Sequence record: OQ363659.1
Length of the DNA stretch: 64,000 nt
Reading direction: 5' to 3' (one strand)
A model generated the notes under the pieces. It had not been told where the DNA came from. It searched no databases and worked only from the letters and a program-made list of their open reading frames with translations. Position 1 is the stretch's first letter. Each line of letters starts with the position of its first letter. This document shows, one piece after another, positions 18,123 to 25,736 of this stretch. The translations under genes were made by a program, and so were the position numbers.

Positions 18123-18756
18123 CTTCTTCGTCAGTAAAACAGCTAGATGGCGCAGACAAAGACTGCGCCGCCTCCTTTTGTTTGTCTGCTGACGGAGGTA
18201 GAGAATCTTTGCCCAGTGGATTGGCGGCAGTGGCAGTCACATCGAGTTCCCGTCCATACACCTGTAGGATACGGTGGATGGGTAAAAGAATATCGTCGAT
18301 AGTGTCTGGCAGAATCGTAATGCGTTGTAGATAACTCCGCATTGTGTCATCGATCAAACCGAGTTGGTTCAGATCGCGATAACGATTCATGTTGTGGATG
18401 ACATCACCCACGGATAAACCACCATCCATCTGAGGGACTGTAGTACGTGGGGTACGAACGAGAGCTGGTACAACATGCACGACCTTAGTTCGATCGTGAT
18501 CGTCCACTACTTTGAGTGGCATCATCATATCAACGACGAACCGCTGATATGCTTTACGGTTCGCTGGAACCAGGATCTTCTCAAGCAGTGGTACAACCTG
18601 CTTAATAAATGCCGACTCATTAATAGTCGGCAAGTTTGCATCTACAGCTGCAAGGATTTCGGTAGCGTACTTCTTAGGTCGCTCCCCCATTTCCCTTGCA
18701 ATACGTTCTTCACGGGCTGACTGGGTCTGCACCGGTTTCGGTTGCTGGTACTCCAT
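18112..18756 (-). CDS. conserved hypothetical protein
   Basis: track start 18813; ATG 18756 has SD AAAAGGA and reduces the overlap; acidic C-terminus. Confidence 0.7.
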   Translation of the reverse strand: MEYQQPKPVQTQSAREERIAREMGERPKKYATEILAAVDANLPTINESAFIKQVVPLLEKILVPANRKAYQRFVVDMMMPLKVVDDHDRTKVVHVVPALVRTPRTTVPQMDGGLSVGDVIHNMNRYRDLNQLGLIDDTMRSYLQRITILPDTIDDILLPIHRILQVYGRELDVTATAANPLGKDSLPPSADKQKEAAQSLSAPSSCFTDEEDED

Positions 18757-19240
18757 GGTAGGTATCCTTTTGTACTTCGCCGAGTGATACTTGGAACCAC
18801 TTTGTTTCGCCATCAGCGATCAGGTTCTTCGACAGGAACATCTTAGCAAGTTCTTCTGTGCCATAGTTCATGACTTCTTCTGGTTTAACACTCGTTGAGA
18901 AGTCAAGATGATCACCGGTACGTTTTACAACGATCGAACTCGGAGTACCTACCGGTACTTCCACAGCCACATAGTCTTCAGCTACTGGGTCCGCTTGTGC
19001 AGCAGCGGCAAGTTGGTCAGACAGTTGATGGAACACGCCTGAGAAGGCCCCCATCACTTTCTTGGTGAATGCCAACTCGTTACCACGAACCAGCTCGATC
19101 AGATCTTTGACGTTCTCACGCAGTGCGCTGTTTTGTTTCTCAAGCGACATGATGCGGAGTTCCAGCTGTGCCAGGCGTTTCAGGGTTACATCTTCAGGGG
19201 ACAGCTGTTCTTCGACATTCAGTTGATCAGTATGCTGCAT
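18710..19240 (-). CDS. hypothetical coiled-coil protein
   Basis: about 176 aa; heptad-like N-terminal half; ATG follows the upstream stop. Confidence 0.7.
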   Translation of the reverse strand: MQHTDQLNVEEQLSPEDVTLKRLAQLELRIMSLEKQNSALRENVKDLIELVRGNELAFTKKVMGAFSGVFHQLSDQLAAAAQADPVAEDYVAVEVPVGTPSSIVVKRTGDHLDFSTSVKPEEVMNYGTEELAKMFLSKNLIADGETKWFQVSLGEVQKDTYHGVPATETGADPVSP

Positions 19241-19241
19241 G

Positions 19242-19649
19242 TTAAACACCGTTGTTCAGTTTTGCGATTTTGAGTACACGGGAGTCTTGGAATTGAACCA
19301 TCCAACCCACCGTGAATGTTTTGCTATCAGTGACTACATAACCTGTGAAGTTGATCGTGAATTGTGACGGTTTGTCCGTATCTTCAATCACGGTCACGTT
19401 AGCATAAGAATCAGCGTTGAATGCAGCCTTCAGCTTATCATCGAGTTCTTTCTGTAAACGTGTTTCCAGATCTAACATCCGGTTTGCATATTCTTTCAGC
19501 AGGTATTGTAGTGAGATGTTTTGGTCCCTGTGTGAAACTGTCATCGAATAGTTCGATTCCATAAAGCAAGCGATGATGTAGTCCGCTTTGTCTTCTGGAT
19601 GATCGATCCATCCTTTCAGTCCCATCGTCGGGATATATTTTTCGGCCAT
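19242..19649 (-). CDS. conserved hypothetical protein (possible gp25-like fold)
   Basis: 135 aa; CTATGACTCA late-type motif upstream. Confidence 0.7.
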   Translation of the reverse strand: MAEKYIPTMGLKGWIDHPEDKADYIIACFMESNYSMTVSHRDQNISLQYLLKEYANRMLDLETRLQKELDDKLKAAFNADSYANVTVIEDTDKPSQFTINFTGYVVTDSKTFTVGWMVQFQDSRVLKIAKLNNGV

Positions 19650-19670
19650 TGGGTTACCCTATTCTCTTGT

Positions 19671-19680
19671 TGAGTCATAG
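19671..19680 (-). promoter_or_regulatory. putative late promoter CTATGACTCA
   Basis: identical 10-mer upstream of the terminase (58444-58453, plus); contains the TATG late consensus. Confidence 0.5.
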
Positions 19681-19708
19681 AGTAAGCCGAAAGAAAAAAC
19701 AAACACTA

Positions 19709-19724
19709 GGGGGCCGAAGCCCCC
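19709..19724 (-). terminator. intrinsic terminator
   Basis: GGGGGC-TTCG-GCCCCC followed by T-rich sequence on minus. Confidence 0.75.
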
Positions 19725-19730
19725 ATGGTT

Positions 19731-20132
19731 TTACTTCAGACGCAGAGCCTTTTCGACAGGCATCTCTGCGAGTACGCGAATCCACTCTTTGATTGGAGAG
19801 TTGAATGCGACGGTAATTTGGTTGGTGCGTTTGACCGGCTCACCGACAGCAGCATCGGCTTCTTCGTTGGTAACTTCTACCAGACGATCGTCTTCGAATT
19901 CGAGCTTGAAGTTGTAACGACCGGACTTGTGTTTCATGCCAGCGGCCAGTGGGTTGACCAAGTTGGCGAATGCAGCAGGTGCAACGAAGCGGATCGGGAA
20001 TTGACGACCTTCAAAGGCCAGATCGTAATGACTGGTTTCTGGGTTGTAGACCAGGGTGAAAGCTTCGGTGTCTTTGAAGACGCGGGGGCCACGAGCTTTT
20101 GCTTGAGTTGCATTTTCAGTTACGGTAGTCAT
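19731..20132 (-). CDS. hypothetical protein
   Basis: 133 aa; high-expression codon usage; SD AAGGA. Confidence 0.75.
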   Translation of the reverse strand: MTTVTENATQAKARGPRVFKDTEAFTLVYNPETSHYDLAFEGRQFPIRFVAPAAFANLVNPLAAGMKHKSGRYNFKLEFEDDRLVEVTNEEADAAVGEPVKRTNQITVAFNSPIKEWIRVLAEMPVEKALRLK

Positions 20133-20141
20133 GAAGCGTCC

Positions 20142-20576
20142 TTATGCGTAAAATGTGAGCACGGGGGTTAGAGTAGTTACCCGTAGCATCGTTGCCAGTT
20201 TGTGAGTGTGTGGTACTTGCAATGTATTAAACACTGCGCCATCTTTGGTTGTGATCTTAGTGATTGCAAAGAAGTTTCTGCACTTCTCGCATTCAATAAT
20301 GAGATCAAGTACTTTAATCGTAAAGCTTTCACCGATATTGACAACTGGCTGATAATCGCTTTTCGACAGATCAATCGAGAGTTCAGCCCCATTACCGATT
20401 GACCAGAACTTACGATCTTCGCGCAGTTCCAGTTGCAGCATCTTTACGGGCTGTGGTTCTTCCAGTTCTCGGCGAAGCTGCGTTAATTGATCTGGATGGT
20501 ATCGGTGTGGACGATGCCAACCGCCACCGCCATCTTCGATGCCGATCTGATAAACGGGTTTATTCGGATTAAACAT
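20142..20576 (-). CDS. hypothetical protein
   Basis: 144 aa; SD GAGGG; CxxC motif (ECEKCR). Confidence 0.7.
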   Translation of the reverse strand: MFNPNKPVYQIGIEDGGGGWHRPHRYHPDQLTQLRRELEEPQPVKMLQLELREDRKFWSIGNGAELSIDLSKSDYQPVVNIGESFTIKVLDLIIECEKCRNFFAITKITTKDGAVFNTLQVPHTHKLATMLRVTTLTPVLTFYA

Positions 20577-20589
20577 AAAGCCCTCAAAA

Positions 20590-20609
20590 AGCCTCCCCGA
20601 AGGGAGGCT
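20590..20609. terminator. hairpin terminator
   Basis: AGCCTCCC-CGAA-GGGAGGCT; TTTTT exit on minus and TTATGTTGT exit on plus. Confidence 0.75.
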
Positions 20610-20618
20610 ATTATGTTG

Positions 20619-21227
20619 TTAACCCAGCATCAACCCATCAGGTGATGTCGGGTCCATTTCGGCTGCGCTCAGCATATCTGGAATCAGGTTCCAGGTACGG
20701 AGGATATCGACTTTCTCGAAGACGGTCAGTTCAGCATCATCGCGAGTATCTTCAACATACTGCGTGAACTGATAACCATCGTCGTTAACCGTAACGATAC
20801 CATCCATGACTCGACGCCAATCGTAGTGCTTGGCACCAACGCCATCGCCATGTAGGTTTTCATAGCTGTCGCCATAACCGGTAACTTCGCCATTCAGATA
20901 CATCTTGCGCAGATCAGACTGAGCCATGATGTACCGCTGCATGATCAACGGAGCTGCTTGGATTTGCTCGATCGAGTTCAGGAACGTAATCGTGTTCGAT
21001 TGCCAAGCGTTCTCAGCTTTAACAGTCAAGTTCCTCAGAGCTTGTACCGCATCGCTGGTGGAGATCATCGTGTACAACGATGCTGCTTGGTTGAAGAAAC
21101 CTTGTGCTGCTGTTGAGATTGTTGCACGTAGTGCATCAGAACGGTCACCCAGCCATGACTGAGTACCCATATCCAAATGTCCACCTGCACAGATGTCTAA
21201 CAAATCGACACCATGTGCTTGCATCAT
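20619..21227 (-). CDS. conserved core protein (phiKZ gp59 position; candidate Imp3)
   Basis: start revised to ATG 21227 (SD AAGGGG), 202 aa; own early promoter; synteny downstream of the beta' N-half. Confidence 0.7.
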   Translation of the reverse strand: MMQAHGVDLLDICAGGHLDMGTQSWLGDRSDALRATISTAAQGFFNQAASLYTMISTSDAVQALRNLTVKAENAWQSNTITFLNSIEQIQAAPLIMQRYIMAQSDLRKMYLNGEVTGYGDSYENLHGDGVGAKHYDWRRVMDGIVTVNDDGYQFTQYVEDTRDDAELTVFEKVDILRTWNLIPDMLSAAEMDPTSPDGLMLG

Positions 21228-21260
21228 AGGAATTCCCCTTTGTTTGTCTGCTGCCCATAA

Positions 21261-21280
21261 GTGATATAGATCTGAGATCC
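21261..21280 (-). promoter_or_regulatory. early-type promoter
   Basis: minus strand GGATCTCAGATCTATATCAC. Confidence 0.65.
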
Positions 21281-21318
21281 GATAGATCACTCTAGCTGTA
21301 TACAGTTAGGGACGTGAG

Positions 21319-21558
21319 TTAAATCTTGCTGAGGCTGTAGAGATTGGTTCTTTCGCCTTTCCAATGCTCCACCAGGCTGAACTGTTCCTCGTGTTCTAGC
21401 AGATACTGATCGCCATCTGCCGCGATTACACGTCGATACATGCCCATGCAACGTCCGCCCATAACAGCAGGTAGCCACCAACGTTTATACCGACTACCTA
21501 CCAGCACGAAACCAATCGTACCCGGTGGGTATTTATTCAGACGGTTCACTGCTGACAC
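21319..21558 (-). CDS. hypothetical protein
   Basis: start revised to GTG 21558 (SD GGAG), 79 aa. Confidence 0.5.
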   Translation of the reverse strand: MSAVNRLNKYPPGTIGFVLVGSRYKRWWLPAVMGGRCMGMYRRVIAADGDQYLLEHEEQFSLVEHWKGERTNLYSLSKI

Positions 21559-22003
21559 AGTCTTCGCTCCAATGCGGTAGTTGTGAAGTGTACTTCTGCT
21601 GTGCCCCACCTTTGTCTTTACCGGTCCCATAACGCTGGGAGTCAAATCGACGACCAATGTTGACCTCTTCGATTACACCGTTAACCGTACGGCGTTTGAA
21701 GAAGTGCTTTATGTGAGAACTACCTGTTGGGATAATGTACTCATCGAGTAGCTCATTAGCTGGACCCAAGATGTAACAAAGATGCTTGTCCTTGACATGG
21801 AATGTGTACGGAACGAAGTTGCATTCGAACACGATATCCACTTCTGCATTTATTACACACCAAGTATATCCGCCCACGACGACAAAAACGGGGTACTCGA
21901 CCCCGTCTTCTTTTACAACCCACACACCTGTCGGATACGACTTGTAGATGGTGACCGTGTCGAGTGTGCTGAACATCCAAGGCTCATGCTTGTTGTTCGG
22001 CAT
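21533..22003 (-). CDS. hypothetical protein
   Basis: 156 aa; starts 6 nt after the beta' N-half stop. Confidence 0.6.
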   Translation of the reverse strand: MPNNKHEPWMFSTLDTVTIYKSYPTGVWVVKEDGVEYPVFVVVGGYTWCVINAEVDIVFECNFVPYTFHVKDKHLCYILGPANELLDEYIIPTGSSHIKHFFKRRTVNGVIEEVNIGRRFDSQRYGTGKDKGGAQQKYTSQLPHWSEDCVSSEPSE

Positions 22004-22009
22004 TGCTCA

Positions 22010-23479
22010 TTACTCGTCTAGCAGATGTTTCCATTCTTCCGGTGCTGGTGGCAGATAATCTTCGTGAGCATAGTTCACGATGGTTTCTACTACAGGACCT
22101 TGAAGTTCCAGGTTACCAGAGATCTCATGCGGATCGTCGATCGACAGTACCCACGTGTGTGGTGCGATTCGCTCAGTCGCTTCAGTCAGATAGTTGTCTG
22201 GCATCAGGGTCAGGTTGAGCTGGTCACCGTCGAAGTCGGCGTTAGGTGCTTTCAAGCACAGCACAGACATACTGATCGAGTTATCGGTCAGGTCAGTCTT
22301 GATCTTCGTGATGAAGAACTGCTGAGTCGAGCCACGTTGCAGAGTCGGGTTACGGTGGAACGTACATGCTGGACCGATGTTCGGAGCTTCAGCAATCAGT
22401 TCCAGGAAGATCGAATTCAGGCGATCGTTGTATTGCAGGACATTCTCATACAGGAAGCTGAGGGCTTCCATGGTGGTCATGCCTTGACGCTTCAGCTTGT
22501 TCAGGATGTGATACTTGAACAGCTGACATGCAACGCCCCACGGGATGTGGAGTTCATCATAACGATGCGGTGCAGAGATCGAGGTGATCACAGCACGAGC
22601 AGTGAAGTTGAGTCGGCCACCGAGGACGTGACGACGGATCAGGCCAGGCTTCTGCGCGATACGTTGTTTGTCATAGTCTTCGTGGAACTTTGCCATCAGC
22701 AGCAAAGCTTTAGCGACACGGTTTTGTACAGTGATCGGTTTCAGCGGAATCGGACTATGAGTAATGCCACCCATAGTCAATGCGGCATCGATTGCTGGAC
22801 CGATTGGTTTGTCGATATACGAACCCGATGTGGTGGATTCTACGACGAAACACAGCTTGGTTGGAATCGGGATTGCGTGTGGGAACAACTTGTGCTTGTT
22901 CTGTACCAGGAACTCATAGAACTCGTGCTTGCCAGTTCCAATGATCCCGCAGTCCATACAGAACCGGATGATCTGATCGAAGTTCTCGATGAAGTTGTTC
23001 AGGCCTCGGGGAATGTTTTGTTGCAGCAGTCGCTTTACCTTGCGATCTGTTTCACGGGATGAGATCGTATTTGCATCAAACTGATACGTCGTGTCCATGA
23101 AGTAAGCTAAGAAGTTGAACTCCTTACCCTGCATGTGGCCCAACAGCATAATCAACAGCTCAGGCGATATCATCGACTTCACGCCTTCCGGTGCCCGCAT
23201 CCACATGGATGGCACGATTGGTTGGCTAGCTGTGGATACTACAGGTGTGCTACATACTTCACAGATCACGCCGAGGTCATAAGCCTCGTCTAGGTGACCA
23301 CAATCACAACTGGCAGATACTTCAATAGCATCCACGTTATCGAAGTGGGAGTACAGCGCACGCTGGAACTCTTCTTTCGATTCGGTGTTCGATGCATTGT
23401 AGTCGTTAGCGAACTTAATCAACCCACGTTGATTCGCTAACATCTCGTCGTGGTCTACAATTTCCGCGTGTAGTCCCAA
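22010..23479 (-). CDS. rpoC: non-virion RNA polymerase beta' subunit, N-terminal/catalytic part (phiKZ gp55-56.1-like), uninterrupted
   Basis: 489 aa; catalytic NADFDGD, N-terminal Zn ribbon CDCG...CEVC, GGRLNFTARAVI, HRNPTL; TTG start with SD GAGG. Confidence 0.95.
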   Translation of the reverse strand: MGLHAEIVDHDEMLANQRGLIKFANDYNASNTESKEEFQRALYSHFDNVDAIEVSASCDCGHLDEAYDLGVICEVCSTPVVSTASQPIVPSMWMRAPEGVKSMISPELLIMLLGHMQGKEFNFLAYFMDTTYQFDANTISSRETDRKVKRLLQQNIPRGLNNFIENFDQIIRFCMDCGIIGTGKHEFYEFLVQNKHKLFPHAIPIPTKLCFVVESTTSGSYIDKPIGPAIDAALTMGGITHSPIPLKPITVQNRVAKALLLMAKFHEDYDKQRIAQKPGLIRRHVLGGRLNFTARAVITSISAPHRYDELHIPWGVACQLFKYHILNKLKRQGMTTMEALSFLYENVLQYNDRLNSIFLELIAEAPNIGPACTFHRNPTLQRGSTQQFFITKIKTDLTDNSISMSVLCLKAPNADFDGDQLNLTLMPDNYLTEATERIAPHTWVLSIDDPHEISGNLELQGPVVETIVNYAHEDYLPPAPEEWKHLLDE

Positions 23480-23516
23480 TTAATACCTCGACACATAAAC
23501 AAAAAAGAAATAGAAG

Positions 23517-23536
23517 TGGCTCCCCGAAGGGAGCCA
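23517..23536 (-). terminator. terminator after chimallin
   Basis: TGGCTCCC-TTCG-GGGAGCCA then T-rich tract. Confidence 0.8.
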
Positions 23537-23566
23537 TTCCTATCTAACGCTCAACCACTATTGGTC

Positions 23567-25462
23567 TTAGTACATCAGACCAGTAGCGCCACCGACTTGT
23601 GGCATGAAGTTGTTTTGGTTCTGGATGTACGAAGTTACGTTCGCAACACCTTGAACGTTCAGGCCAGCCAGGGACATGTTGCCTTGGAAGCGCTGACCAC
23701 CGAACACGGAACCGACGTTGTCCATGGTTACCGCGATGCCAGCTTTCAGCTGAGCGGCGTCCATAGCTGCAACCAGTTTCGGGTTCATGATCACACGGGT
23801 AACACGACCAGCGTAGGTCACGTTGCCCAGGTACTGCTTGTCGTACTGCTCGGACTTCTTCAGACGAACTTCTGGGTGAACGTTCGGGTTGCACTTGGCA
23901 CCATACCAGTCCATGAACTCAGCTACGACGCCGTCGCACGCGTTCAGAGCGTACAGGGTGTCGAGGTCACGGCGGTCACGCTTCTCGCCGTTTTCGTCTG
24001 GGTAGTAGCCCAGGTGGAAGTCAGTGCCGTATGGACGGAACAGCCACTCGTTGGCGTGGTCGAACACGGAGGTGAAGTTGTCACGACCGTACAGGTTGCA
24101 CAGGATGCGGATGATACCGGCTTTTGCAGCTTGCTCGTTCGGGCCGCCCAGCGAGTCGATGATCATGGTTTCGATGAACGAGTTATCGCCCATGCGGTCC
24201 AGGTCCATCATGATGACTGGGTGCTGTTGAACTTGCGAGAACATCAGACCAGCGAAGTCTGCTTCGGTGAAGGTATCGGACTTGGTCTCGACCTTAACAC
24301 CAGCCGAGGTCAGGTAGCCGACAGCACCGATGTCGCGTGGATCTTTGATGCGACCGATGGTTGGCAGGAACTGTTTAGCCCAGCCTTGACCGTTGGTTGC
24401 ACGGAAGGCGTTACCCAGCGAGAAGAAGTACATCTCAGGGGTGTTAGCCATGATCCAGCCAGCTTGCTTGACCGCGGTTACGACCAGAGCAGGCATGAAC
24501 GGAGCAGGTACTGGACCTTGTGGCATACCGTAGACTTGTTGTACTTGCTGAGGCGAGTACTCGAGGTCAACGAACAGTGCTACCGAGTTCAGCTGAGAGT
24601 CAGCATCGTAGTACTCGTTTTCCTGAACGTTCTGGCCTTGCTTCTTACGACGTTGCAGGGTAACAACGATGTCGGAACGCTGAGGCAGACCGGTGTTGGA
24701 TTCGACTTGAGCACCGGAGTAGTCGATGGTAGCGGCGAGGATTTCGTCGCTCGACTGCATGTCTTGAGCCAGGGAGAACGGACGTTCGTCGCTCAGGCGA
24801 GCCATGGTGTCTTCGACCGAGTTGACCGCTTTGATCAGCAGGTTACGTACAGCCACTTTGTCTTCGAAATCGAATTCTGCGTGGATGGACTGAGGACCGG
24901 CGTTGAATACGTCGGCACCTGGGTGACCGGTGACTTGGCGAACGTGCGAAACGATACGCGACCAGTACAGCGGGGTGAAGATGTCGCTGGCATCAGGCTT
25001 GGTTTCGAACTTGTCGAAGGTGCTGAAGCCGTTGGCGATCTGGAAGGTCTTCGGCTTGATGGCAACCGAGCCGTCAACGATCGGCAGAGCTTTAACCAGG
25101 ATGGCAGGCTTACCACGGTTGTCGACCAGTTTCAGAACCAGGATCGAAGCCATGGCTACTTGGTGCTGGGTACGGTCGAAGCGGAACAGGTGGAAGGTAT
25201 CAGCCAGGTCTTGCTGCTCGATAGCTTCAGTGCGGGCTTCTTGGAAGGCCACAAAGGCTTTGGTGGTACGAGCATCGTTACCGTCGGCACGACCGGAACG
25301 GCTGAAGCGGGAGTTCAGGGAGCTGATACCGCTGGAAACTGGGAGTGGTGCTTGTGCTTGCATTTGTGGCGCCTGAGGTTGTTGGGTTTGCGGTGCTACG
25401 AAAGGTTGCTGCGCGGCTGGTGCTGGGGTTTGTGCTGCTTGGTTAGACTTGTTTACGGACAT
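23567..25462 (-). CDS. chmA: chimallin, major phage nuclear shell protein (phiKZ gp54-like)
   Basis: start revised to ATG 25462 (SD AAAGGA), giving 631 aa; Q/P/A-rich N-terminal arm; strongly biased codons; directly upstream of the beta' N-half. Confidence 0.9.
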   Translation of the reverse strand: MSVNKSNQAAQTPAPAAQQPFVAPQTQQPQAPQMQAQAPLPVSSGISSLNSRFSRSGRADGNDARTTKAFVAFQEARTEAIEQQDLADTFHLFRFDRTQHQVAMASILVLKLVDNRGKPAILVKALPIVDGSVAIKPKTFQIANGFSTFDKFETKPDASDIFTPLYWSRIVSHVRQVTGHPGADVFNAGPQSIHAEFDFEDKVAVRNLLIKAVNSVEDTMARLSDERPFSLAQDMQSSDEILAATIDYSGAQVESNTGLPQRSDIVVTLQRRKKQGQNVQENEYYDADSQLNSVALFVDLEYSPQQVQQVYGMPQGPVPAPFMPALVVTAVKQAGWIMANTPEMYFFSLGNAFRATNGQGWAKQFLPTIGRIKDPRDIGAVGYLTSAGVKVETKSDTFTEADFAGLMFSQVQQHPVIMMDLDRMGDNSFIETMIIDSLGGPNEQAAKAGIIRILCNLYGRDNFTSVFDHANEWLFRPYGTDFHLGYYPDENGEKRDRRDLDTLYALNACDGVVAEFMDWYGAKCNPNVHPEVRLKKSEQYDKQYLGNVTYAGRVTRVIMNPKLVAAMDAAQLKAGIAVTMDNVGSVFGGQRFQGNMSLAGLNVQGVANVTSYIQNQNNFMPQVGGATGLMY

Positions 25463-25536
25463 GCTGCGGTTTCCTTTACGAATTCGTTTCTCTTGATCAA
25501 GAAAGGACATTCCATATACTGGAGAGTGTCCCAGTA

Positions 25537-25557
25537 GTTATATAGATCTGAGATTTT
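25537..25557 (-). promoter_or_regulatory. early promoter of chmA
   Basis: minus strand AAAATCTCAGATCTATATAAC. Confidence 0.75.
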
Positions 25558-25603
25558 TTAGACTCAGGCAATATAACTACAGCGCAATAAGCGCTAATGT
25601 TTC

Positions 25604-25661
25604 AGACGGGTTTGTCTGCTATATAATAGCACACAACAAACACACTTAAGTGAACCCGTCT
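25604..25661. ncRNA. candidate structured RNA (three-way junction)
   Basis: AGACGGGTT/AACCCGTCT encloses TGCTAT-ATA-ATAGCA and CAC-TTAA-GTG; lies in a 175-nt non-coding gap. Confidence 0.35.
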
Positions 25662-25736
25662 TGAGTGTGGGCCATACACTTAACCATTCAACTACCTTTC
25701 GGCAATCTCCTGTATTAAATGATGGCACCAAGTATT

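Noticed and set aside
23516-25537. 673-aa ORF antisense to chimallin
   Set aside because: Shadow of a highly biased gene; no SD or promoter support.
25604-25661. Hammerhead or known riboswitch
   Set aside because: No CUGANGA/GAAA core in the right junction positions on either strand; retained only as a generic structured-RNA candidate.
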